From NCBI RefSeq assembly GCF_009914755.1, contig NC_060945.1: 64,000 nt of DNA, one strand, 5' to 3'. The position numbers were made by a program, and so were the translations under genes. Under the pieces are notes generated by a model. That model did no database searches. It was not told the origin of the DNA and saw only the letters and a list, made by a program, of their open reading frames with translations. This DNA is from the human T2T-CHM13v2.0 reference genome, Homo sapiens. Each line of letters opens with the position of its first letter. Position 1 is the first letter of the stretch. Positions 13,885 to 25,084 of this stretch are shown here, one piece after another.

Positions 13885-15218
13885 GACAGAATACCAAACT
13901 ATATTTACTGTTTACAGTAGTAAAGGACAACAAATAATGTACAAATTGGTGAATAAACACAACAGAGCCAACAAACATCCCACCCGAGCCCATACAGCAA
14001 ACAGGAAATGAGAACATTTCAGCAAGATTTCAAGCAAGCAAGAGATGATGGGTCATTGTTCAGGTGACTGTAAAAAGGCAGAGAATGGCCACCAAGCAGC
14101 AATGGAGCCTCAGGGAAGGACAATAGGCAGAACTATGAAAATGTTTAATTGGTATAGATCCCAAAATATTTCACAGAACTGAAATCACCAGACTAATGCA
14201 TAAATTCAATACCTATTTGGAAAGCAGCACGGCACAAACCCACGAGAAGAACATGAAGTCATCATTCCATGGGTTCATTTGTAACCACACTTGGAAGTAG
14301 CTCTTATACACGACAACATAACTGCAAATTCAGCAATACTTAGTCTTACTTTTTTATGTATAGACCATAATCATTCATCAGAAGCAAATACTAGAAGAAA
14401 TCTGAGGCCACAACACCATTACCAAATGAGAAATGTGGGAATTTCTTCAATATTAAGAGGGAGAAAAAGGCCAATTTTGGTTGTGCCAATCCTTGCCTGT
14501 GTACCAACGCCAGGTACTGAGCAGGGAGTGGGGTGGGAGGGGTGGCAGGGGGGTGGGTCCTGGGCCTCAGACCCCGAGGTTACATGCTTGAGGGCCAGAG
14601 AGCACGTGGGGTCAAATTACCAAAAGACTCGGTTATTTTTTAACCTTTGAAGAAGCATTCCAGTATTTTCCCTTCAACTTTTCCATATACTGACAAAGCT
14701 TAAATTTGCAATATTTAGCATTTTAATCACCTGTGCCTGTAACAGCAAGTGACAGTCTGTCCTCCCTACCAACCTTGCCCCCAATACCTGTCCAACAGCT
14801 GCATCCCCACTGCGGGAAACACCAATTCTCTATGTGACTGGAGTGAGCAGGGGAGAGGCAACCAACTCAGGAGTCAGATCCCTGGCCAGACTAAAAGCGA
14901 ACATTCAGGCTATAATTTTGGGGTTAAAAAAATGTTGTAGGAGGGGGGGAAAACACAAATGAGCACACAAAAGTACCCACAATATCTTGCAACTCATTTT
15001 ACCTGAACAAAGATAACAATTCTGATTGGCCCAATTTAAGTTACAGATTCATCCCTGCAGATATAGTTTTGAGTTGCACTTGAAGTACATCAAAGAGAGG
15101 AAAATCATCGTGGTGAATGTCCTCGAGTTTCCGCAGACACCTTTGTGGTCGGCATGGTCACGTGCTCACCATTCAACAGCAATGCGAGGATGGACGGCCC
15201 GGGCTGGGGACGGGCCCT
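13885..15218 (-). other. SUMO3: SUMO3 3' UTR
   Basis: Follows the TAG stop; candidate poly(A) signals ATTAAA (14722-14727, 14144-14149) and AGTAAA (13904-13909); distal end approximate. Confidence 0.75.
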
Positions 15219-15308
15219 CTAGAAACTGTGCCCTGCCAGGCTGCTCTCCGGCACACCTCCCGTCTGCTGCTGGAACACGTCGATGGTGTCCTCGTCCTCC
15301 ATCTCCAG
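15219..15308 (-). CDS. SUMO3: SUMO3 exon 4 ([29 protein letters not shown]), di-Gly motif and propeptide
   Basis: Acceptor AG at 15310-15309; translation matches the SUMO3 C-terminus; TAG at 15221-15219; exons total 312 nt = 103 aa + stop. Confidence 0.97.
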
Positions 15309-16498
15309 CTGTCATGGTTGTCACAACAGGCACAGCGAGAGAGAGGGGAGCCTGTTAGTTTTCATCAGAGAGTGGGAAGATCCTCACTGGCATGAGTGTT
15401 CCCTGACACTAGCGACATCACCTGGTCACACCTTGGCTCTTGTCCGTCCCCTCACTGCAGCTCAGCACGCATGGAAGAGGCATTGCTGTATGCTCACTAC
15501 AGCCCTTACGGTTCAGCAAGCTTCCCCTAACAAAACTCACAAAAGCAGATTCAAAGCTAAAATGTTAACTGAGAGAAAAACTGAGTCTAGAAGATAAACT
15601 GAAATGTCTAAAATTCTTACTGAAAATTACACAAAATCAGATTCTAATTAAGAACATCTGATTAGCAGCACTGAGTCCTAGGACCCACAGGAGCCTTGCG
15701 CTTTATACCAAGTGCGAGGGACCATGCCATGAAAGCCAAAGCCCCCAGCTCACAGAAGGGCCCGTCAAGTGAGGGTCCATTGCCAGCTTCTCCCCGCCCC
15801 TCCCCATTTAAAGCCCAGGCAAGGTAGTGAAACACCCCCGCTCACTTCTCTCCTCCTGACACAGTGGGCGCAAAACACCCACCCTGATCTTCTTCCATCC
15901 TCTAAGCAAGAGGAAGCTTCTGCCAGTTCCTACACAGACTCAGCAAGGCTGGAAGTAGTCATGCTCCCAGATGGAAAGGAGTCCCATCAGGGCTGTCGGC
16001 CACCCTCACCCTGCCACCGACACTATGGGCTGGAGGGAGAGCCCCCAGGCAGGGCTCCCTCTGCCTCTCGGTCCACCTGTCCACAGCCAGCCCCCTGACC
16101 CCCAGTCAAGCCCCAGAGACTCCACGAGGCCCTCCCTGCTCAGCTGCTCTCAGCAGCTTCTCCCTGGTGAACACTCCCAGAGCTGCCACTGCCTCAGCGG
16201 TGTGTAGGTTTCCTCAAGTAGGTACAAATGGATACTTGTTGCAAAGATGTTTTCAATATTTATTAAATACTGAATAGTAAATATTTAAAATCTTAAATGT
16301 TTTGCAAAAATATTTCCACATAAAACATTCCAGTGGATTCTCACAACATTGAAAGGGAGAAAAAGCAGGTATTGGTTCCATTTATGGACAGACAAAACTG
16401 AGACTCCACAAGATGAAGTGATGCTTGGTCACGGGGCCATCAGCTGACAAATGACAAGAGCTGCAACTTGAACCAAGTTTAAAAAAAAACTCTGTTTC

Positions 16499-16792
16499 GG
16501 CCGGGCGCGTTGGCTCACGCCTTTAATCCCAGCACTTTGGGGGGCTGAGGTGGGCAGATCACAAGGTCAGGAGATCGAGACCATCCTGGCTAACATGGTG
16601 AAACCCCGTCTCTACTAAAAATACAAAAAAATTAGCCGGGAGTGGTGGTGGGCACCTATAGTCCCAGCTACTTGGGAGGCTGAGGCAGGAGAATGGCGTG
16701 AACTCAGGAGGCAGAGCTTGCACAGTGAGCTGAGACTGCGCCACTGCATTCTAGCCTGGGCAACAAAGCGAGACTCCGTCTCAAAAAAAAAA
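16499..16792 (+). mobile_element. AluY in SUMO3 intron 3
   Basis: Full dimer; TSD aaaaaaaa(c/g)tctgtttc. Confidence 0.95.
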
Positions 16793-17314
16793 GTCTGTTT
16801 CCAGGTCCAAAGCTCTTTCCATGACAGTATGATGCCCTGCAACGTGATAGATGAAATCTCATTCATGTCTGCATGTGCCTGAGAGAAACGAGCTGTGCAG
16901 ACTGATAATCAGGGGTTATGGCACATTCTGCCCACCCACGTCACTTGTGCAAGATGCTTAAAGGGCACAAGAATCCAGCTGGCCCCTAAGCTGCACACGG
17001 GCTACAACAGCAAGCGTCCAGACAATGAGTGGGAAGGGGCCGCTGAGTGGTCCTTGCACCCCCGCTTCCCTTACAGTGAGGACGGGCCCAGCACTTGGCT
17101 CCATCTCCAAACAGCAAGAATGATGTCTGCAAAGCAGTTTTCTCATTTGAAAATTTAAATTTAAAATGTGAAAAATAAATAATCTAATAATCAATATCAT
17201 TAAGGCATTCTGTATGAGCTCCCACCTACAATTCTCAAATAAGCGTATCCCAAATGGCAGTTACCCCGCACAAATCGGAAGTCGCCCTGGAACCACGCGA
17301 AGCCAGCTCCGTAC

Positions 17315-17386
17315 CTGTGCTGGAGTGTCAGTTTCATTGATTGGCTGCCCGTCGAACCTGAATCTGATCTGCCTCATTGACAAGCC
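17315..17386 (-). CDS. SUMO3: SUMO3 exon 3 ([24 protein letters not shown])
   Basis: 72 nt, acceptor ttttcctttccAG and donor GTACGG; SUMO signature RFRFDG. Confidence 0.97.
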
Positions 17387-17496
17387 CTGGAAAGGAAAAG
17401 CAGTGGCCATTAGTCTCACTGGCAAGCCCTGGAAAGGAAAAGCAGTGGCCATTAGTCTCACTGACAAGCCCTGGAGAGGAAAAGCAGTGGCCATTA
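17373..17496. repeat. 42-bp tandem repeat x3 spanning the SUMO3 exon-3 acceptor
   Basis: Units start at 17373, 17415 and 17457 (ctca(t/c)tg(a/g)caagccctgga(a/g)aggaaaagcagtggccatta). Confidence 0.97.
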
Positions 17497-17673
17497 AACA
17501 TTTCCAGATACGGCTTAATTCAAAAACCAAATATTTTAATCCAAGTATCAGCATTCTGATATGCAGATTTATGATCCAGCTCAGTATTAAAAACTCACCA
17601 GTGGGCCTACAATCTCTTTCACGCGGTGCCTGACACCACTGCTTTCAGAACCCACTCTTCTACCATCTTCTCT

Positions 17674-18119
17674 CTGATGAGCTAAAACGGCTCATTTTCA
17701 ACCCAGGTTTTGTTACACCATTGCATACTGGGAACTTCTTAAAGCCAAACCAGTGGCAGTTCAGTTTCAAAGCAGATAGGTAAGTGGTCCATGGCAGAAG
17801 GAAAGCCGACTTACATTCAAACACCAGAACACAAGAGACGTCCTAGACTAACATCCAAACTCATGTACCTCTAAAATCCACCCTTTCTTTACATACGAAA
17901 CCCAGGTGAGGAAGCGTAACACGTCACAGTGACGCTAGCTCAGACAGCTGTCAGCCAGGAGGTCTCTGAGGAGCAGGAGAAAAGCTGGACTAGCATTGGT
18001 GATGTGCCAGGGGAGGGGAAATGAGCCGCCAGGTGAATACTAACCTTCCAGTGGCTAGCTTTTCAATCAAAGTTTCTCAGTGCAGTGGCCGTGTGGAATG
18101 GTCAATTCAAACACTGAAT
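17674..18119 (+). repeat. Local duplicon, copy 2 (SUMO3 intron 2)
   Basis: Direct repeat of 13373-13834, lacking ~14 nt around ggatgcatcc. Confidence 0.95.
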
Positions 18120-19167
18120 CTTCTCTGTCCTGGTGCCCTGACCTGTCCTGGGTCATCCCTCCCATCTTTCCAGAAGCCGAGTAGAACTTCTACAATGCTG
18201 GCACCACTACTTCCCCCCTTTACAAAGTTCTCAGCAAGGAACAGGTTGTGTGCCAATGAGGGACAGATAAGAAGGCTGCATGAGGCCGGGGAGCAGTTAC
18301 CACCATGACTTTGGCCTTGAGGAGGGCAGCAGGAAGGAGAGCACGCAGCCTTTCTGCGTCCTGAGGGAATGGAGAAATGTGGTCAGGGGCAGAAACATTT
18401 CCTCAACGAGCAGTTTTGATTTAACTGAAACAGGACAGACGGGGTTAAAACGTGCATCTCTGCTCCCTCCTGAAACCCCACTGAAATGAAGTAAATCAAA
18501 AAGGCACAAACAGGAAGGACAAAGAAAACGGGAGTGGGGATGGGCAGATATGTCAATGCTGGGCTGAGCCAGAGGCTACTGAGGCGTGGACACTGGTGGT
18601 CTGATGGACACTGGACCAGGATCCTAGGGCGGAGGGACTGGGCACGCCCCAACCTGTGAGGCAGAGCTGTGGCAGGCAGCTGATTCTGAACAGCTGCCTG
18701 GAAGTTCACATGCAGACCCCTCAGGCAGGACCCCCACAACCCTGTGCCTCCCACGGCAGCACACATGAGATGTGCTTTCTGAGAAGGTGGGTGCGGAGCT
18801 CCAGGCGCAGGGCGGAAACAGGCCCACGAAAGCGCGTGCCCTCAACACTGTGCGCCAAGTCCCCTCTCCCCTCCAGATGCGCCTCCAGGAGGCTGGCCGG
18901 AGCCTGGAGGACTCAACTCTCAAACTGTAGCATCTGGGCGCCTCCAGAACCTGCAATCCAGACAGATCACCCCATGTGGATGCACAGCCCTGGCAGCACA
19001 GCCATCCATGTACACAGCTTTTCAGCAGCTTCTCGGTGCTCCATGCTTGCACAGAAGTCAGCCTGCGTGAGAGCAGTCAGGGAAAGGCTCACTGTGCAGC
19101 AGCCCAGAGAGGAGGGGAGGAGCGCAGAGGAGAACGGACAGGAAGGAGGCAGGAGAACACTCCCAAC

Positions 19168-19495
19168 ACAGGCACACACATGCCCACACCCACACATGCC
19201 CACACCCACACACATGCACACACCCACACATGCACACCCATGCACACACCCATGCACACACCCACACATGCACACACCCACATATGCACACACGCACACA
19301 CCCACATACACACACGCACACACCCACACATACACACACACGAATGCACACATGCACACACCCACATACACACACATGCACACACCCACATATACACACA
19401 GGCACACACCCACACATACACACACAGGCACACACCCACACATACACACACATGCACAAAGACACGGACATACACACCACACACACCTACACTCA
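19168..19495. repeat. Degenerate (CA)n/(TG)n low-complexity tract, ~330 bp
   Basis: cacacatgcacacacccaca... iterated. Confidence 0.95.
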
Positions 19496-19558
19496 CGATT
19501 CAAATTCTATGGGAAGTAAAAAATACTACTACCTTCAGAAAACAATCAATTGCTACTG

Positions 19559-19849
19559 AGGATGGGTGCGGTGGCTCACACCTGTAATCCCAGCACTTTG
19601 GGAGACCGAGGCAGAAGGATCACTTAAGCCCAGGAATTCCAGACCAGCCTGGACCACATAAGGAGACCCCATCTCCACAAAATAAAAAAATGAGCCAGGC
19701 GTGGTGGCGTGTACCTGGAGTCCCACCTACTCGGGAGGCTGAGGTGGGAGGATCACTTGAGCCCCAGGGCTCAAGGCTGCAGTGAACCATGATCACACCA
19801 CTGCGCTCCAGCTTGGGGGACAGAGTGAGACCCTGTCTCAAAAAAAATA
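19559..19849 (+). mobile_element. Alu (J/S)
   Basis: Full dimer; TSD a(a/g)ttgctactgag. Confidence 0.9.
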
Positions 19850-20320
19850 AGTTGCTACTGAGAAAAAAAGAACACTCAAAGAACAGAAAGAAAAAAGAAC
19901 TTTTGGAAATTAAAAATCATGACAGAGATGAGAATGTCCACAGGAAGTGGAAAGATAAAGTTGAAATGACCTCCCGGAAAGAAGCCCAAATGCAACAATA
20001 AAGCCCAAAGCAAAATGGGAGAAAAATTATCAAATTTAAAATATCTAGGACAATGAGCAGCAGGAGGAACAGGAACTCCAAAAAGAGGGAACAGAGTCTG
20101 GAGAAGGATACAAATTATCAGAGAACTAACATAAGGCATATTTCCTGAATAAAAATAAACGTCCAGACCCATAAAGTGCCCAGCAGCATGAGTGAGAAAA
20201 TCACCCACCTCTGAGGCACATAAGGAAACACTGAATGCCAGAATATGGTCCCAGATACTTCCAGGGAAAAACCAAGTTACAAACAAAGCACAGAGAATCA
20301 GAATCCACTGAACTTCTCAC
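19850..20320 (+). mobile_element. Old L1 ORF1-region fragment
   Basis: A-rich, degenerate L1 ORF1-like sequence (ttttggaaattaaaaatcatgacagag...). Confidence 0.5.
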
Positions 20321-20321
20321 C

Positions 20322-20649
20322 CTTTTTTTTTTTTTTTTTTTTTTTTTTGAGACAGGGTCTTGCTCTGTCACCCAGGCTGGAGCAGTGATATGACCTCAGC
20401 TCCCTGCAGCCTCCACCTCCTGGGCTCAAACAATCCTCCCACCTCAGCCTCCTGAGTAGCTGGGACTATAGGCTTGCACCACCACACCTGGCTAATTTTT
20501 TTAATGTTTCGTAGAGACAGGGTCTCCCTGTGTTGCCCAGGCTTGGCACTGAACTCCTGACCTCAAGTCTTGAATTCCTGACCTCAAGTGATCCTCCCAC
20601 ATCAGCCTCCCAAAGTGCTGGGATTACAGGCATAAGCCACCATGCCTGG
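20322..20649 (-). mobile_element. AluJ (antisense) with a small internal duplication
   Basis: Poly(T) plus reverse Alu; tgaactcctgacctcaagt duplicated at ~20550-20590. Confidence 0.9.
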
Positions 20650-22133
20650 TGAACTTTTCACTTTTAACATTGGGAGCTATTCTCATGGCTGACCTCTGAA
20701 ATAAAAAAGAAAAAAAAGTTTCAACCGAGAATATTACGTGCAGCCACATACTGAAGTGTGAAGGTTTATAAAAGCAAAAGTCACGTTCAGCCATGCAGTG
20801 TCTCAAAGACGCTGCCCTTCTGTGCCCGTTCTGACAAGACCCTGGAGGATGTGCTCCACCACAAAACACAAAAGGGAGGAGGACTAATCCAGGAAACACC
20901 CAAGAGAGAACCCAAGTTTCTAGAAGGATTTGAACAGGAGGCCCTGGACCACGGCTGAGCAGCCAGCCTCACAAGCAGCAGTGCAGGTGGGGCAGGAGGG
21001 GAGCTCCGGGAGAGCAGGGGGAAGGGCAGAGCCCCCCCCACATGTACACGGCCCCACACGCCTGCCATCCCGCAGCGCAGAGGAGAACATGGGCACCCGG
21101 GAAGTCACACACACAGTGGCCACGAGCCCAGGCAGTACAAACTCCAGCAAGGGCCAGGGCCCAGCATCAGGCAGAGGCTGGATCACGGGGCCTACACGGC
21201 GCCAGGCCACTCACTCTGCTGGGAAGACCGGGACCTGCGTGTCTGGAAGCTCAGTCTCACCTTTCGCAGGTGAAAATAAGATCTGCCCTCAGCAAACACA
21301 AAGAAAGGAAGTCAGGGGCTGCTTGCCAATAAAGAATGCAAGGCAGTCGCCAGTGACTGCCCCTATGAGCAGGGTATCCAAAGTGGGAGGGAAAGAGGAG
21401 GAAATCTAACTGAAAATCCACAGGCAAAAGAGTAAAATAAAAGGGCAACGAGTTGCTGTATTTTCAAAGCGGCTGAAGAAAAGCAGCCTCTAGGTCCCAC
21501 TCAGGCAAGCAGGGCTCCCTGGGGAAGGGCGCCTGGCTGCAGGGCCGGGCCCCCAACACACCAGGCAGCAGCTGGTGGGCAAAGCCTATAAAAGTGGCCT
21601 AGAGAGGGACCCCCTGGCCCAGGGTGAGTCCGCCACAGCGTTACCAAGAACAACAGACACACACACACCACGTCACAAACAGCAGCCAGAAGGCATCCAC
21701 CCAGCTGGGCACTGCCAGTGGGGCAGCTCATTATCCTGAAACTGGGGAAGAAGGGGAAAGAATCACGCGCTTTCTTGCCTTTCCTAACAAAATGGAAAAC
21801 CACACCGCACATGAGGGCAGTGTCTCTCCAGGGTCAGGCCAGCTCATACGCGAGGACAGGGTGACAGCGGCGTGGGGCACACGCCACCTGCAGCCCCAGA
21901 ATGGCCAGACCTGAGCAGGGCCCCCAAGAGCCTTCAGCATCACAGACTTCACAGATGTTAGTACCCCATGGAGAACACAGCACCCCGGGCAGCCGCCCTG
22001 TCAGGAAGAAAAACCCACCACACTTCTCCGAGCCTCTAGGTCCCTCCACCTTATAAAAGGCCATGGGGGACAAGCCCAGCCTGGACTAATTTTACAGCAC
22101 AAGCCCCCGCCTGCCCATCCACGAAGAGGGCAC

Positions 22134-22247
22134 CTCGGGCAGCTGCATCTGGGTCCAGCCCCGAGACGCTCGTGCTCTGGGGATGCCTGGAACGCACAGG
22201 ACCAGTGCGCACACGGGGAGGCTCTGCGGGGGAGCAAGGTGCCGCAC
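22134..22247 (-). CDS. SUMO3: SUMO3 exon-2 in-frame extension (38 aa; gives a 141-aa isoform)
   Basis: Open frame VRHLAPP...QMQLPE to a GAG|GTGCCC donor at 22133; 114 nt; 103+38=141 aa matches a recalled annotated long isoform. Confidence 0.75.
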
Positions 22248-22376
22248 CTGCCTCTCGCAGTAGGCCTTCATCAGCTTGCTCAGCGGCGTGTGCCTCTTGA
22301 TCTTGAACTGCACCACGGAGCCGTCCTGCCCGGCCACCTTCAGGTTGATGTGGTCATTCTCTGTCTTCACACCCTC
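22248..22376 (-). CDS. SUMO3: SUMO3 exon 2 ([43 protein letters not shown]), includes the VKTE K11 chain site
   Basis: 129 nt; acceptor ctgcAG at 22378-22377; donor GTGCGG at 22247. Confidence 0.97.
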
Positions 22377-22690
22377 CTGCAGAAGACACCAGAGACTGGC
22401 CTCAAAACTGTGTCTCAAAATAACCGCGACTTGAATGGGCAAGTCTTTAGGTAATTGTTGGCTTTTTAAAGTCATCAAAACCAACCTAATTCTTAAAATT
22501 CTCCAGCAATTCAGAGTCACTCGTGATGGTTTTATTTTTACACAGAATTTATTTTTAACTTCCACTTGTTAAGCATCCATGTGTAAAACAATGCAAGCCT
22601 AGGGTCCTCTGACATTGTTAATTCAAAGAAAAAAACAAAGTCTAGGGAAAAATAAGAGAAAATCCATCTTTATTTTAAAGTTATTCTTGT

Positions 22691-22818
22691 GGGCTGGGCA
22701 CAGTGGCTCACACCTGTTATCCCAGTACTTTGGGAGTTGACGTGGGAGGATGGCGTAAGCCCAGGAGTTTGAGACCAGTCTGGGCAACAGAGCAAGACCC
22801 CATCTCTTTTTTAAAAAA
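22691..22818 (+). mobile_element. Alu left monomer (FLAM)
   Basis: ggctgggcacagtggctcacacctg...agcaagaccccatctct. Confidence 0.85.
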
Positions 22819-25084
22819 TTCTTATGAAACCAGTAAAAACACATATCCAAAAGTCATGCAGCTATACAGCACTAGTAAAAGAAACCAAAAACAGAAGAAA
22901 ACATTTGTGACTCAGAGGAACCCTATGGGACATTCAAGTGGTGATTTCGGGAATCCAACTGAGGACGGCCACTCCCCACAGCAGGCGGCCAGGCTCCTTC
23001 TCGCTGCCCTGACATCAGCAAATGTGAGGGAAGCCACCTCCGAGTACTTTCTGGTTTCAAACTGTCCTATCTGAGCGGCAGTAGGTGGTACTATTTTATT
23101 TTTTAATTCATGCCATACTTGAAGCTACTCAACAATGGCACAATCGGGGTGTCTTGTTGCCTGAAAATGCATTTTGAGTTGAGGCAAAAAGCTGATGTCA
23201 AGAGACTGGGAGCCAACTTCGGGGCAGCTCAGTCTGAGCCGAAAAGTGGGGCACCCCTCTGCCGGCCTGCACTGCTGGGATAAAGTCGTTTGTGAGTGAA
23301 GCAATGAGGCAGGGCCCTCCGGCTCACTCTGAAAGTCAAGTCTGGGGCGTCCTGGTACCCTTTCACCCCATGCTGAGCTGCTGCCCTCAGGAAGCACTGT
23401 ACATCACACGCCTGTTCTCTCCACTTCTCCTTTCCTTCCCTGGCTGGGAGAGGGACAACTGTCCCAGCGATGCCTAAATACAGGGAGTGGGATGTAGAAG
23501 GCTCGCCTGAGGGTGAACCCAGGGACTGCATCCATGCTTGCTTCCCTGGGGTATGCACCCTGGGGAGACCCTGGGGAGGCATGGTGCTCTGTCAAGGGAG
23601 CTAGAGTGGCCTGCAAGGGGCCTTGGCAGTGAGGGGCTCCAGCTGCGAGCCTGAAGGTGCGTGTCCTGGGGCGGCACTCACCCCCCGACTCCAGTCTTGG
23701 GCCAGACACCCCTGCCCACTCCCGGGATGCCAGTGGCTTGGCGGCAGCCTGAGTGGTGAGCTGGCACACCCCCATCTCCCCATCCCGAATGTGGCCTCCA
23801 GCACAGAGACAACTGGCCTAGGAAGGAAGAGCATGCAAACAGCTCCAGGCAGGATGGAAGTGGGGACCCCTGCATGAGCCCCCTTCACTTCCCCAAGCAT
23901 GAGGATGCACTGGCTTCTTTAGGGAAGGAAGGTATGAGTGTGTTCAAAGGCACAGATGCAGGGCCCAGACGTCCCCCACAGGGTAATGGCTGCAGCCCCG
24001 GGGGGAATGGCTGCAGCCCCGGGAGAGGCTGGGGCAGGGCAGGGCCGGCCACAGTGCCTCTGCTCCAAACAGATGGACACCAGGAATGACGATCTGTCCC
24101 AGACCCCTGGTGAATTCCTAATAAGCAAGTGAACTCGTGAGTTAAAAAGTGAAGCCCTAAAAACATGGGCCTCAGTTTGCTACAGTCAATCCTCCACCTC
24201 AGCTATCCAGGGAAGTCAGAACCATTCTCCTGCCTGACCTAAAAGCTCTTCTTTCCAGCACCACCGGGCCCCAGAGTCCACCTCTTCCCCTTCGTCAGAG
24301 CCCCAGAGGGCAGAGCTGCTCCCACATGGGCTCAGAGGGGACCCACCAGAAGCGGGGCCTGTGAGGTGGCAGCCACTCAGTCATTCTGGAATTAAACAAG
24401 TGTTTTCAACGGAACTGGAGCCTGAGATTGACCACATGGCAGAGCTAAGTGTAAATACTGCTGAGAAAATTAATATCATATGTATTTTATTACATTTACT
24501 CTTCATTAAGAGGAAGCCACCTACAAAAACATAAAGGACATTTATATTTGACCTAGTTTTAACAAGTATTTAAATATTCAAACAACCCCAGAGTGGGAGA
24601 ACTTTGACTTCACTGGAGTCAAAATGTAAAAAGCAAAGGTCACCCCAAATGCCATCTGGATAGGGCAGGTTTCCCTGGAGTCTGACCACAGCAAGCAGAG
24701 TGCAGACTTCCATAGAGGCCGCGACCATGGTTCCTGACGGTTCCATCCCACTTCCCGCCAGTGTCTGGCACTGAGCCTCCACCCTCATCTGTAAAGGGAG
24801 GGTGGTCACCTCCAGGACCAGGCCAGTATCAGAGACAGCCTCTTTACAGAGCCTTCAGCTCTAGTCATCTTCCACTGGGATGTAACATAGAGGCCGACAG
24901 TGCACACCAAGGGCTTCGGAAAGGTTCTCTTTTTATGAACACTGGAGAATGCGACTACAGACCCTCCCGAGAAGGAATGGCCAGTGCACCTGAATGCAGG
25001 GTGCATACCCCAGGACTGAGACTGGAGGGAGGCACACCCCAGCATGGCAATGGGGGAGACTAAAGCCCACCCAAGGCTGGATAA

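Noticed and set aside
18656-19587. Long overlapping ORFs rich in H/T or C/V (up to 287 aa)
   Set aside because: Artefact of the CA/TG low-complexity tract in SUMO3 intron 2
22092-22565. 157-aa ORF as a single-exon SUMO paralogue or pseudogene
   Set aside because: It is SUMO3 exon 2 read through flanking intron; canonical splice sites link it to exons 1, 3 and 4
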